NCBI GenBank assembly: GCA_965204535.1
Contig: CBDBEV010000001.1
Coordinates: 1,248,001-1,312,000, forward strand
Direction of reading: 5' to 3'
Origin: a bacterium
GTDB taxonomy: Bacteria > UBA8248
Length of the DNA stretch: 64,000 nt
Shown here: in pieces, positions 19,404-30,266 of the stretch
Numbering within the stretch: the stretch's first letter is position 1
How the letters are laid out: every line of letters starts with the position of its first letter
Translations under genes and position numbers: made by a program
The notes under the pieces: generated by a model
The model's input: the letters and a program-made list of their open reading frames with translations, nothing else
What the model was told of the DNA's origin: nothing
The model's database searches: none

Positions 19404-19550
19404 CGTCGCGCCGAGCAGTTCCCACTCGTCCCGGTTCAGGGCGTGCATGTGGTTGTGGCTGTCGATGTATTCGCCGAACACCGGAACCTCTCTGCCGGGT
19501 TTCTAGCTATGTGGCTCAACCTATCCGCATGGGCATCGACGGTCAAGGGG
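19404..19550 (-). pseudogene. Duplicated 5' end and upstream region of the TatD-like gene
   Basis: Diverged copy of 18583-18728, encoding (V)FGEYIDSHNHMHALNRDEWELLGAT before homology stops. Confidence 0.88.
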
Positions 19551-19866
19551 GGTTGTTGGAAAAGGCCTCATTTCGTGATTCGGCGTATGGATCCCAAAGG
19601 GAAGGGAGGGGTAGGAACAGGTCGCGACCTGTCCCTACAGGTGCGATTCGGCTTTGTTCGTCATTCCGGTGTCGGTCAATGTCAACCGGGAAGAGGTATC
19701 CGTAGTGACAGCCCCTCGTCGGAGCTGTCCGAGGCCCCCGTGCCTGTCCGAGGCCCTCGCGCTCTTCCTGTATCGGGGTGAATACGACCGCCGGGCGGCC
19801 ACGGGGGGCCGCCCCTACGGTCTCCATTCGAGGGGGTGGCAGGGGCTTTTTCAACAGCCCCTCAAG
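19547..19866. mobile_element. MITE-like element containing REP palindromes
   Basis: GGGGTTGTTGGAAAAGGCCTCATTTCGTGATTCGGCGTATGGA is the reverse complement of the ends at 2613-2654 and 5238-5279; the other end is TTTTTCAACAGCCCC. Internal GTAG REPs at 19611 and 19792. Confidence 0.75.
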
Positions 19867-19995
19867 GACAGGACTGAAAACAGGAGATAGTGGGCGGGGA
19901 GCAGCCCCTTAAAACAAACACCGGAGACATTCATCCCCGGGTGCTGATGGGTTCGTGATTTTTGTCCCACGCGAAAACCGCGTATCTTGCTTTTG

Positions 19996-20493
19996 TCACG
20001 AAATCTTACAGCAACTGGTGAAAGCTGAAAAACCGCCCAAAATGAAAAAGAGAAGCCCTATAAAACTTAGGCCAATTTCAATCCTGAACCAGATACTATC
20101 GATTTTATTAAGTCTGGTCTTCTTTTTCTGGAAACAATTTTCCGTAATTTCATTATGCGTAAAACTTATGTGGATGCTCTCTAACTTATGGCCACGCCAT
20201 ACAAATCGCATATACTTTGAACCATTTAGAAATGCAGCGAGAACAAGACCTATGAAAAACCAGACCATTGGATAAAATGTCCATTCGATATTTTTTACAT
20301 CGTTGGCCATCAATGCCGCCATGGTACTCAACATCGCCACCAAAGCTCCACCATTCATGAAAACAAGATTACGAAGATACATGAACCCCGTAGATTCTTG
20401 ATGAGCACGAGAAGTGGAGAAGGCTTTCTCGTAATCTTCTAAGATCTTTTTCTGTTTCTCTGGCCAAAAATCTGAAAAATTTTCATCATTCAT
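19996..20493 (-). CDS. Hypothetical membrane protein (low GC)
   Basis: 165-aa ORF with three hydrophobic segments and an NGGALVAML motif; AT-rich. Confidence 0.7.
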   Translation of the reverse strand: MNDENFSDFWPEKQKKILEDYEKAFSTSRAHQESTGFMYLRNLVFMNGGALVAMLSTMAALMANDVKNIEWTFYPMVWFFIGLVLAAFLNGSKYMRFVWRGHKLESIHISFTHNEITENCFQKKKTRLNKIDSIWFRIEIGLSFIGLLFFILGGFSAFTSCCKIS

Positions 20494-20735
20494 GGATTGG
20501 CTGCTCTTCCAAATAAAAGTTTGCTCTATTCATGAAGTTTTGAGATGTCGCCGGTCTCTGTTGCCGAGGCCCTATTTTCATGGAGGATAGTATACCCTTC
20601 GGAAAAGATTTTCTCGCGTCTTGCGCCGTGCACGGCAACAAGACAACGCCTTGCCCTCGCTCAAACAACAGAAAGATATTATAATAATTATATGCCGCAT
20701 AATATTTATTGTCTGTTATAAATCAAGGAAATGTA

Positions 20736-21224
20736 ATGAGACACATCATTCTTTACATTTGCATTTTTCTATTCCTCTCGAACGCACACGCCTTTGCGGC
20801 AAATGACGATCAAAAAACACACAAAGGCTTTAAGTTGTTCACGAATTGCGAACCGATACACTTTGTCGTGGAGGAATTGTCTCGCCATGCTTCGAAGATT
20901 GGCCTCACTAAGAAATCCATTCAGAATGCGATAGAGAGTCGTCTTAGGTCGGCTAGACTCTATAGCAATGAGGTGCTTAATTCTTATATTTACGTGAATG
21001 TAACTGTGTCTGGACGAGCTTTTGGTATTGGACTCGATTTCGAAAAAGTGGTCTTCGATTCATACTCTCGTGAAAAGAATTTTGCGACCACATGGCATGA
21101 TGGAGGAATCGGAGCGCACGGAGGCAGCTCTGAATATATCCTTTCTAACTTGTCTCAATACATGGATAAATTTTTGACTGAATTTCTCCGTGTAAACGAA
21201 GAGGCATGTCGGAAGAAAAAATAG
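20736..21224 (+). CDS. Hypothetical exported protein (low GC)
   Basis: Signal peptide MRHIILYICIFLFLSNAHAFA, RBS AAGGA; no family recognised. Confidence 0.75.
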   Translation: MRHIILYICIFLFLSNAHAFAANDDQKTHKGFKLFTNCEPIHFVVEELSRHASKIGLTKKSIQNAIESRLRSARLYSNEVLNSYIYVNVTVSGRAFGIGLDFEKVVFDSYSREKNFATTWHDGGIGAHGGSSEYILSNLSQYMDKFLTEFLRVNEEACRKKK

Positions 21225-21243
21225 ATCGCGCCAAGAATATCCG

Positions 21244-21274
21244 AAAACAAACGCCGGAGACGACCATCCCCGGC
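21244..21274 (-). terminator. Intrinsic terminator downstream of tRNA-Arg
   Basis: Minus strand GCCGGGGATGGTCGTCTCCGGC followed by GTTTGTTTT; a second copy lies at about 19911-19940. Confidence 0.65.
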
Positions 21275-21293
21275 ATTTGCATGATTCCGTTTC

Positions 21294-21369
21294 TGGTGCG
21301 CGTGGCAGGAGTCGAACCTGCGACTTCCTGCTCCGGAGGCAGGCGCTCTATCCTCTGAGCTACACGCGC
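21294..21369 (-). tRNA. tRNA-Arg(CCG)
   Basis: GCGCGTGTAGCTCAGAGGATAGAGCGCCTGCCTCCGGAGCAGGAAGTCGCAGGTTCGACTCCTGCCACGCGCACCA; cloverleaf with anticodon CCG and encoded CCA. Confidence 0.97.
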
Positions 21370-21399
21370 ATTCTCGTCAACCGCCTTGGAGCCTCACCC

Positions 21400-21639
21400 C
21401 TATATCATGGAGTGCGTTCCGTCGCACATGGGCGCGTTGCCCGTCTGCTTGCAGCCGCAAAAGGCGCACGTCTTGCCCGCCTGCACGTCGAGGACGATGG
21501 GGCGGAACTCCGAACCCTTGTGCGAGCCGTCGCAAAAAGGCTGCGATTTGCTCATGCCGCACGCGCACCAGGCGACTTTCTCGTCTTTTTCCGGCTTGTA
21601 GACATAGGGCGCTTTCTGGGCTACTTGGGGTTCGGCCAT
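21400..21639 (-). CDS. CDGSH iron-sulfur domain protein (two CDGSH motifs)
   Basis: WCACGMSKSQPFCDGSH and FCGCKQTGNAPMCDGTH. Confidence 0.93.
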   Translation of the reverse strand: MAEPQVAQKAPYVYKPEKDEKVAWCACGMSKSQPFCDGSHKGSEFRPIVLDVQAGKTCAFCGCKQTGNAPMCDGTHSMI

Positions 21640-21726
21640 GGCGGTCTCCTTTCTCCCCACAAGGTAGGCGATATGATCTCGATTCGGTATTCTAGTCCGA
21701 ATCACCGCCCTTGAAAAGGAAGCCCG

Positions 21727-22368
21727 ATGTCCGCATCCTCTCCCGCGCGCCTTCTACGCATACTGGAGCAGACCTACCCCGACGCGCGCTGCGCGCTCGA
21801 CTACCGAAACCCGCTCGAACTATTGATCGCGACGATGCTATCGGCCCAGTGCACGGACGAGCGGGTCAACATGGTCACCCCGGCCCTTTTCGCCCGCTAT
21901 CCCGACGCCGCCTCGTTTGCGGAGGCCGCGCCTGCCGAACTCGAGGAATTGATTCACTCGTGCGGCTTCTACCGCCAGAAGGCGAAGTCCATCCGCGCTT
22001 GCTGCCGCCTTCTTGTGGATGAATTCGGCGGCGAGGTGCCCGCCGAGATGGACGACCTGGTGACGCTTCCCGGCGTGGGGCGCAAGACGGCGAACGTCGT
22101 CCTGAACGAGGCGTACGGCGAGCCGGCCATCGCCGTCGATACGCACGTTCTGCGCACGGCCAACCGGCTGGGCTGGATATCGACGCGCGACCCGGTGAAG
22201 GCCGAGTTCCGGCTCCTGGACGCCGTGCCGAAAAAATGGTGGGGCCGCGTCACCCTGCTCTTGATCCATCACGGGAGGAACTGCTGCTCGGCGAGAAAGC
22301 CCCTGTGCGCGGATTGTCCGATCCTCAAAGGTTGTCCGCATGGTCAGGAGGCGCTTTCGGGCGGATGA
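21727..22368 (+). CDS. nth: Endonuclease III
   Basis: LSAQCTDERVN, HhH LPGVGRKTANVV, VDTHV, Fe-S motif CSARKPLCADCPILKGC. Confidence 0.95.
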   Translation: MSASSPARLLRILEQTYPDARCALDYRNPLELLIATMLSAQCTDERVNMVTPALFARYPDAASFAEAAPAELEELIHSCGFYRQKAKSIRACCRLLVDEFGGEVPAEMDDLVTLPGVGRKTANVVLNEAYGEPAIAVDTHVLRTANRLGWISTRDPVKAEFRLLDAVPKKWWGRVTLLLIHHGRNCCSARKPLCADCPILKGCPHGQEALSGG

Positions 22369-22392
22369 TTTGCGGGAATCTGCGCATTCGAC

Positions 22393-22422
22393 TGGACAAC
22401 CCGAATCCGGAGTCCTTATAAT
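22393..22422 (+). promoter_or_regulatory. Putative sigma70 promoter of the ABC ATPase gene
   Basis: TGGACA-18 nt-TATAAT. Confidence 0.5.
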
Positions 22423-22475
22423 TGCCTATCTTTTTATCTGCTTTTGAGGCTTAGCCCGCAATCCGGAGGTTATCC

Positions 22476-23474
<999 letters not shown>

Positions 23475-23705
23475 CCGCGTCTCCCGCCCCGAGGCCGCCC
23501 GGAATCATTTTCTCTCCTCCTCTTGGAGAAAATGTGGATTTTGGGATATAGTCGCCTTTCTGTGGACGCGAGCGTTCGCACCGGTTGACCTGATTTTGAA
23601 TCCGTATGCGCGTGGCCGACGGCGAGAATCCTGACCACCGGGTTCAGCTTCGGATTTGCCCGTTGAGGCCGCAGCCACTGCGAAGGCAGGAAAGGAAACG
23701 CATAA

Positions 23706-24851
23706 ATGTCGCCGATTCGCATCGCCATCGCCGGCGTGGGGAACTGCGCGAGTTCCCTGCTCCAGGGCATCGAGTATTACCGCCATCATCCCGAGGAAGA
23801 GTTGGGTCTCATGCACCGGGATCTGGGCGGCTACGGGCCGGAGGACATTGAGGTCGTCGCGGCTTTCGACATCGACGTCCGCAAGGTGGGCCAGCCGCTC
23901 CACGCCGCGGCCTTCGCCAGGCCCAACTGCACGAAGACGATCTGGGAGAACCTGCCCGACTACGGCGTGAACGTGCGGATGGGCCCCATACTCGACGGCG
24001 TGGCGTCCCACATGGCGGAATACGCTTCTGATCGCTCCTTTCTGCCCGCCGAGGCGGAACCCTGCGACGTGGCGGCGGAGCTTCGCGAGAGCGGGGCGGA
24101 AATTCTGTTGAACTTCATGCCCGTGGGCTCCGAGCAGGCGGCGCGCCACTACGCCGAAGCGGCGCTCACGGCGGGCGTTTCCTTCATCAACTGCATGCCG
24201 GTCTTCATCGTCTCGGACCCGGAATGGGCGGGCCGCTTCACCGATGCGGGGATTCCCGTGGTGGGAGACGACGTGAAGGCCCAGCTCGGCGCCACCATCC
24301 TGCACCGCACGCTCGCAAAGCTTTGCGCCGACAGGGGCGTGAAGCTCAAGCGCACCTACCAGCTGAACACGGGCGGGAACACCGATTTTCTGAACATGCT
24401 GGAGCGCTCGCGTCTCAAATCCAAGAAGATATCGAAAACGGACGCCGTACAAAGCCAGTTGCCCGAACCCCTGGACTCGGACGACATCCACATCGGCCCG
24501 TCCGATTACGTGCCCTGGCAGGACGACAACAAGGTATGCTTTTTGAGAATCGAGGCGGAGGGCTTCGGCGGCGTGCCGCTCGAAATCGAGGCGCGCCTCT
24601 CGGTGGAGGATTCCCCCAACTCGGGCGGCGTCGTCATCGACGCGATTCGCCTCGCGCGCATCGCGCGCGACAGGGGCGAGGCGGGGCCGCTCTACCCGGT
24701 GAGCGCCTTTCTGATGAAACACCCCCCCGTTCAGGTGCCCGACGCCGTCTCGCGCATGATGATCGACGAATTCATCGCGGGCGACCTGCGCGCGAGCGAT
24801 CAGGTCGAGTTCAACGGAAACGGCCTGCCCGCCCGCTACGACCACAAATAA
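23706..24851 (+). CDS. ino1: myo-inositol-1-phosphate synthase
   Basis: GVGNCASSL, GDDVKAQLGAT, QLNTGGNTDFLNM, EDSPNSGG, FLMKHPP. Confidence 0.93.
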   Translation: MSPIRIAIAGVGNCASSLLQGIEYYRHHPEEELGLMHRDLGGYGPEDIEVVAAFDIDVRKVGQPLHAAAFARPNCTKTIWENLPDYGVNVRMGPILDGVASHMAEYASDRSFLPAEAEPCDVAAELRESGAEILLNFMPVGSEQAARHYAEAALTAGVSFINCMPVFIVSDPEWAGRFTDAGIPVVGDDVKAQLGATILHRTLAKLCADRGVKLKRTYQLNTGGNTDFLNMLERSRLKSKKISKTDAVQSQLPEPLDSDDIHIGPSDYVPWQDDNKVCFLRIEAEGFGGVPLEIEARLSVEDSPNSGGVVIDAIRLARIARDRGEAGPLYPVSAFLMKHPPVQVPDAVSRMMIDEFIAGDLRASDQVEFNGNGLPARYDHK

Positions 24852-24871
24852 CTCCTACGCATCGAAATATG

Positions 24872-24902
24872 AAACCCCCGGGTTTGACGCCCGGGGGGTT
24901 TT
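24872..24902. terminator. Bidirectional intrinsic terminator
   Basis: AAACCCCCGGG-TTTGACG-CCCGGGGGGTTTT between convergent genes. Confidence 0.75.
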
Positions 24903-24917
24903 CGTTGGCGCGCCGCA

Positions 24918-25328
24918 TCAGTCGCCGCCGTAGGTTTCTCCCGCACGTTCCGAGAGCTCGATCCGCACGTTTTCCGGTCCCCGGATGTAGGCCGTCGTCC
25001 TGCCGCCCATGCCCGAAGGGGAGGGGTCGCGGATGAAGTCCGCGCCCGCCGCTTTCATCTGCGCCGCGAGGCCGTGGATGTCGTCCACGGCGAAGGAGAA
25101 ATGATCGAGGCCCATCACGGCGTCCGCGTGGTTTTCCCCGATGCGCTCGCCGGGCCTTACTCCGCGGAGGAAGAGTCTCGCTTCGCCGACCCGCACGACG
25201 GCGTTGGGCGCGCCGTGGAAATTCTCTTCGCGGTAGATGACCTCGCCGCCGAAGATGTCTTCGAAATAGGCGACCATCCCCTCCAAATCCTTACAAATAA
25301 TGTGCACGTGATCGAATGATAAGCGCAT
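24918..25328 (-). CDS. VOC/glyoxalase family protein
   Basis: FDHVHI, GLDHFSFAVDD, GPENVRIEL. Confidence 0.88.
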   Translation of the reverse strand: MRLSFDHVHIICKDLEGMVAYFEDIFGGEVIYREENFHGAPNAVVRVGEARLFLRGVRPGERIGENHADAVMGLDHFSFAVDDIHGLAAQMKAAGADFIRDPSPSGMGGRTTAYIRGPENVRIELSERAGETYGGD

Positions 25329-25453
25329 TTGCTCCTCCCTAGCATGAACGACTGAAACTTGAGCTTTGCATTCGGGGCCAATGTCGCCCGTAAGGCGGCG
25401 TGCGGTCAATCGCCGCCATCGTGTAGAATGACCCGCCTGAAAAGGGGGTGTGC

Positions 25454-26356
25454 ATGGCCGGAACCCGGAAAGTGCCCACAAGCTGGAAGACGGGGCTTCA
25501 GCGCGTGGCGCGCGGCGTCTACGCCTATATCCAGGCGGGCGGGCTGAACGTCTCGAACGCAGGCCTCATCGTGGGGGACGATGAGGCGCTCGTGGTCGAC
25601 GCTCTCTACGTGCGGCCCATGACGCAGGCCTTTCAGGAATCCATCCGCAAAGCGACCAGAAAGCCCGTGCGCAAGATCGTCTGCACCCACCACCATGCGG
25701 ATCACACCCTGGGGCTCGTCTGGTTCGAGCGGGACATCCCCGTCATCGCGCACCGCCATATGCGCGAGCGGATGATCGAGACCGGCCTCGACCTCGCGCA
25801 CTACAGGGGCGTGAACCCCGAATACGCGGGCGAACTCAAAAGGCTCAGGCAGCGTTTTCCCGACGTAACTTATGAGGGCGGCATGACGCTTCGTCTGGGC
25901 AAGCGCGTCGTGGAACTCCACCACCTGGGTCATGCGCATTCGAAGGGCGACACGGTCGTCTATCTGCCGGAGGAGCGGGTTCTCTTCACGGGCGACATCT
26001 GCTTTCACTACGTGACGCCCGCCACCTTCGACGCCCATGTCGGCGGGTGGATACGGATTGCAGAGAAGATTCTGAAAACCTTCCCCGTCGAGACGGTCGT
26101 TCCGGGGCACGGACCGCCGGGGGACAAGCGCGCGCTCGAGAAAACCCTGGGGTACTTGAGGCTCGTGCGTAGGGAGGCGCGAAAGCGTTTCAAGGAGGGT
26201 ACCCCCGCCAAGCGCGCCGCGCGCGAGGTTCCCCTGGGCGAATATGCGCACTGGATGAAACCCGACCGCGTCGAGCAGGCCGTGATGAAGCTCTACAACG
26301 AGTTCAAAGGCCGCGGCGAGCAGGGGATATCGCTCCATGACGCGCGGGGCGGATGA
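25454..26356 (+). CDS. MBL-fold metallo-hydrolase (cyclase-like)
   Basis: SNAGLI, THHHADHTLG, HSKGD, FTGD, VPGHG. Confidence 0.9.
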   Translation: MAGTRKVPTSWKTGLQRVARGVYAYIQAGGLNVSNAGLIVGDDEALVVDALYVRPMTQAFQESIRKATRKPVRKIVCTHHHADHTLGLVWFERDIPVIAHRHMRERMIETGLDLAHYRGVNPEYAGELKRLRQRFPDVTYEGGMTLRLGKRVVELHHLGHAHSKGDTVVYLPEERVLFTGDICFHYVTPATFDAHVGGWIRIAEKILKTFPVETVVPGHGPPGDKRALEKTLGYLRLVRREARKRFKEGTPAKRAAREVPLGEYAHWMKPDRVEQAVMKLYNEFKGRGEQGISLHDARGG

Positions 26357-26366
26357 GGAAGGCGCC

Positions 26367-26723
26367 ATGCCCGAGAACTACGACCAAAGACGAAGCCGCT
26401 GCATGCTCGATCAATCCTCGAACACGCAAAACCCCGTCCATCTCATCCTGCGAAGCCCCTACGCGCTGAAGACGGAATATGGGGATACGCATCAAGACGT
26501 GCACGAATTGCTCAATGCCTTTAACACCCTGGCCGCGCAGGACGCTCCCACCACAGATGCCCGCGAAGCCCTGGCGAAACAAGCCGACGTGCTCTCCTCG
26601 CATTACGCCGCCGCGCACATGTCGGCCCTTGCTGAACACCTCGCCTTTCTCGCCGAACTCTTGCGGGGCCGCTATCCGATTCGGCCTGTGATGGATGTGG
26701 CCAGGCTGGAAGAAATCTCATAG
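26367..26723 (+). CDS. Hypothetical protein
   Basis: RBS GAGGAAGG then ATG just after the MBL stop; followed by a hairpin. Confidence 0.6.
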   Translation: MPENYDQRRSRCMLDQSSNTQNPVHLILRSPYALKTEYGDTHQDVHELLNAFNTLAAQDAPTTDAREALAKQADVLSSHYAAAHMSALAEHLAFLAELLRGRYPIRPVMDVARLEEIS

Positions 26724-26753
26724 AAAACCCCCGAGGCTTTCGCCCCGGGGGTG
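26724..26753. terminator. Intrinsic terminator hairpin
   Basis: AAAACCCCCGAGGC-TTTC-GCCCCGGGGGTG between convergent genes. Confidence 0.65.
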
Positions 26754-26812
26754 TCTTATGGCTCGGCTTTCGTTGCTTCCCTAGATCAAATTAACTGCTT
26801 GCGTCGCTCCCA

Positions 26813-28012
26813 TCAACCCCCGTTGACAGAGGCCGTAGCGGGGGCTTCGGTGAGGCCGCAGAAGAACTCGTAGTCGATGAGCTCGGTGATGGAGGGGCTG
26901 TCCCCGCATACCGGACACGCCGGGTCGCGCCTGATCTTGAGCGTCCTGAACTGCGATTTGAGCGCGTCGTACATCAGCAGCTTGCCGATGAGCGGTTCGC
27001 CGAAGCCCACGATGAGCTTGGCCGTCTCCGTCGCCTGGATGGAGCCCATGGTGCCGCACAGCGCGCCGAGCACGCCCGCGTCCTGACAGGAGGGCACCAT
27101 GCCGGGAGGCGGCGGTTCGGGATAGAGGCAGCGGTAGCAGGGGCCGCCCTTGGCGGGATGGTAGACGGTGGCCTGGCCCTCGAACTTGAAGATGGAGGCG
27201 TCGACGATGGGCTTTCCGAGAAAGACCGCCGCGTCGTTCACGAGATAGCGGGTCGGGAAGTTGTCCGCCCCGTTCACGATGACGTCGTAGTCTTTCAGGA
27301 TATCGAGCGCGTTGTCGCGGTTGATCCTATCTTCGTGCGCGATGACGTTCACGTCGGGGTTCAGCGCGGTGAGGGTGGCCGCCGCGCTCTCGACCTTGGA
27401 GGTGCCCACGCGATCGTTCGTGTGGACGATCTGGCGCTGAAGATTGCTCATGTCCACGACGTCCATATCCACGATGCCGATGTTGCCCACGCCCATGGCG
27501 GTCAGGTAAAGCCCGGTGGGCGAGCCCAGCCCGCCCGCGCCTATCAGGACGACCTTGGCGTCCAGGAGTTTGGCCTGGCCCTTCTCCCCGATCTGGGAGA
27601 GCAGGAAGTGGCGGCTGTAGCGGTTCAACTGCTCGGCGCTCATCTGCTTGTCCACCTGCACGGGGAAGCCCAAATCCTTCCACTTCCCGTAACCGCCCGC
27701 CATGGACTTCACATTCTGATAGCCCATGGACTGGAGCACCTGGCCGGCGAGCAGCGAGCGCACGCCGCCCGCGCAATAGGCGACGATGGGCGTCTTCCTG
27801 TCGGGTACGACCTGCTCGATCTTGAGTTCCAGGAATCCGCGGCTCACGTGCTCCGCGCCCGGCAGGTAGCCGCCCCGGAACTCGTCCGGTTCGCGCACGT
27901 CGATGAGCGCCACCCCGGTGCCGGTATCGACCGCGTACTTCACTTCTTCCGCCGTGATCTCAGGAACATCGCCCCGCGCGTCCTCGAGCAGGTCCCGTCC
28001 TGTTTTCGACAT
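26813..28012 (-). CDS. moeB: Molybdopterin-synthase adenylyltransferase with N-terminal rhodanese domain
   Basis: Rhodanese IDVREPDE/YCAGGVRS; RYSRH, GAGGLGSP, SNLQRQ, CYRC...CPVC. Confidence 0.92.
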   Translation of the reverse strand: MSKTGRDLLEDARGDVPEITAEEVKYAVDTGTGVALIDVREPDEFRGGYLPGAEHVSRGFLELKIEQVVPDRKTPIVAYCAGGVRSLLAGQVLQSMGYQNVKSMAGGYGKWKDLGFPVQVDKQMSAEQLNRYSRHFLLSQIGEKGQAKLLDAKVVLIGAGGLGSPTGLYLTAMGVGNIGIVDMDVVDMSNLQRQIVHTNDRVGTSKVESAAATLTALNPDVNVIAHEDRINRDNALDILKDYDVIVNGADNFPTRYLVNDAAVFLGKPIVDASIFKFEGQATVYHPAKGGPCYRCLYPEPPPPGMVPSCQDAGVLGALCGTMGSIQATETAKLIVGFGEPLIGKLLMYDALKSQFRTLKIRRDPACPVCGDSPSITELIDYEFFCGLTEAPATASVNGG

Positions 28013-28263
28013 TTCTTGATCTCCTTTGCTCCCAGCGTTTGCTGAAAAGGGATATGGGATAGATAATCGTAAGTTATCGGCACTTCAGAGCGCGCAGCGC
28101 CCGCTCCGCAATTCTTTCGAATACTAAACCAATTTACTCAAGAATAGCAAGCCAGTCTCTTGAAACATGAAAATCGAATCATTATCCCGAAAATTGCGCC
28201 CAGGCGCCATGCCGTGCGCGGCGCTCTCTCTATAGCCTGTGGAGTCGACCGCCCGGCGAAAGA

Positions 28264-29154
28264 TCACTCTTCGCGCTGATTCATCCCCGCGCCTTTTTCG
28301 AAAAACTCCAGAATGGCGTTCTGGTCCGCGTCCCCGTGGCCCAGGGCCGCCGCGCCCATATAGACCTGCCGCGCCATCGTCCCCAGCGGAATCGGCGTCC
28401 CGACGCCGTCAGCCATCGCCGCGATGATGCGCAGATCCTTGAGCATCAGGTTCACCGTGAAGGTGGGCGAATAGTCCTTGGCGATCATCGGCGAGGCCTT
28501 GTATTCGAGAATCTTCGGAATGACGCTCGCCTTCAGGAACTCGACCATCTGCTCGGGGTCGAGGCCCCCCTTCGTCCCCATGGTGAGCGCCTCGGCGATG
28601 GCGGAGATGTGGATCGCGAAGATGTGGTTCGTCACCAGCTTCATCTGGAGGCCCGCCCCGTTCGCGCCGAAATAGTGGATCGAGGCGCTGAAGGCCTCCA
28701 AAACGTCGCGGTGGGCTTCGAGCGAGGCCTCATCGCCCCCCGCCATGATGGCGAGGGTGCCCGCTTTCGCGTGGGGCACGCTCCCGCTCACGGGGGTATC
28801 CAGAAACCGGACGCCTTGTTTTTCCGCTTCCGCCGCCAGGTCCTGGCTGCCCTCGACCGTCAGGGTGGACAGGTCGAAGCATACCGCGCCTTGGGATGCG
28901 GTGGTGAGTGCGCCGGTCTCTCCGAGATAGGCTTCTCTCGCGTGCTCGACCTCGGGCACCGAACTGCAAATCACTTCCGCGCCTGTGGCGGCTTCCGCCG
29001 CCGTCTCGAAGACGGTAAGGCCTGCCGAGGCCGCCCGTTCGCGCGTGGCGGGGACGGGGTCGAAGCCACGAACGTCGAAGCCCGCCTTCACCAGATTTTC
29101 CGACATGCCGGATCCCATGTTGCCCAGACCCAGGAAAGCAACCACTTTCGCCAT
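28264..29154 (-). CDS. NAD(P)-dependent beta-hydroxyacid dehydrogenase (3-hydroxyisobutyrate dehydrogenase family)
   Basis: FLGLGNMG, DTPVSG, MKLVTN, LMLKDL. Confidence 0.92.
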   Translation of the reverse strand: MAKVVAFLGLGNMGSGMSENLVKAGFDVRGFDPVPATRERAASAGLTVFETAAEAATGAEVICSSVPEVEHAREAYLGETGALTTASQGAVCFDLSTLTVEGSQDLAAEAEKQGVRFLDTPVSGSVPHAKAGTLAIMAGGDEASLEAHRDVLEAFSASIHYFGANGAGLQMKLVTNHIFAIHISAIAEALTMGTKGGLDPEQMVEFLKASVIPKILEYKASPMIAKDYSPTFTVNLMLKDLRIIAAMADGVGTPIPLGTMARQVYMGAAALGHGDADQNAILEFFEKGAGMNQREE

Positions 29155-29287
29155 TTTGCATTACTCCTGTTGAATATGGCGTCACGCGACGCCCGCGTTT
29201 GCGAATCGGTGGACAGGCCAATCTCGCAAAAAAATCAGGAGAGGCGTCCCCCGTCTCGTGTGGGGTATGTGCCTGCTCCTATGAAAA

Positions 29288-30193
29288 TTATTTTCTTTTC
29301 GGCTTCATTCCCGCGGCGTTCAGGAAAGCCTCGAAGACGGCGTTCAAGTCCGCGTGTTCGAGTCCGAGCGCCATGGCGGAGGTATGCTGCTGCCGCGCGG
29401 CGGCGCCCAAGGGAACGGGCACGCCCAGATCGTTCGCCTCGTTGACGCTGATTCCCATATCCTTGTAGCTGAGGCCCAGATTCCCGATGACATTGGAATA
29501 ATCGCGCGCCGCCATCTCGGGGCCTTTGTAGTGGATCAGGTCCGGAATCACGCTCTCCTGCAAAAATTTCATCATTTTCCGGGCCGTGAGTCCCGCCTTC
29601 ACTCCGAACGCCAGACCCTCGGCCATGCCGGCGTGCTGGATGAAGATGATGTGGTTCGACACCAGTTTCATGAGCAGGCCGTTTCCGGTTTTTCCCATGT
29701 AGGTGATCGACTTGCTGAAAGCGTCGAGCACATCGCGGTGTTCCTTGAGGGCGGACTCGTCTCCGCCCACGATGGCTGAGATTTCCTTTTGCTCCAGGTG
29801 CGGAACGCTTCCGAGCACGGGAGCGTCCAGAAAGGCGATTCTCTTCTTCCTGGCCTCTACCGCGATCTCTTTCGCGAGGGCGACGCTGCTCGTCGAAAGC
29901 TCGAAGCAAACAGCGCCGCGCCGCATCGCCTTGAGCGCGCCGCCTTCGCCCAGGTAGACGTCTCTCACGATGTCGGTCTTGGGGAGCGAACTGCACACCA
30001 CGTCTGCGCCCTTCACCGCCGCTGCGACGGTTCTCGCGATTTTGACGCCGTTTTTCTTCGCATCGGAGGCGGCTTTTGGCGCAGGATCGTAGCCCGTGAC
30101 GTCGAAGCCCGCGTCAACCAGGTGCTTCGCCATCAACCCGCCCATACGGCCCAGACCCAGGAACGCGATTTTTTTCTTTGCCTTGCGCGCCAT
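29288..30193 (-). CDS. NAD(P)-dependent beta-hydroxyacid dehydrogenase paralog
   Basis: FLGLGRMG, DAPVLG, MKLVSN, YKDM. Confidence 0.92.
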   Translation of the reverse strand: MARKAKKKIAFLGLGRMGGLMAKHLVDAGFDVTGYDPAPKAASDAKKNGVKIARTVAAAVKGADVVCSSLPKTDIVRDVYLGEGGALKAMRRGAVCFELSTSSVALAKEIAVEARKKRIAFLDAPVLGSVPHLEQKEISAIVGGDESALKEHRDVLDAFSKSITYMGKTGNGLLMKLVSNHIIFIQHAGMAEGLAFGVKAGLTARKMMKFLQESVIPDLIHYKGPEMAARDYSNVIGNLGLSYKDMGISVNEANDLGVPVPLGAAARQQHTSAMALGLEHADLNAVFEAFLNAAGMKPKRK

Positions 30194-30266
30194 ATCTTCA
30201 GGCTCCTGTGATCGGATGCGCCATGGCACACCGTCTATCCGGGCGTTTCTGATGCCTCGGTAACAT

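Noticed and set aside
26813-28012. Rhodanese-first MoeB fusion as a novelty
   Set aside because: This domain order is already known in other bacteria.
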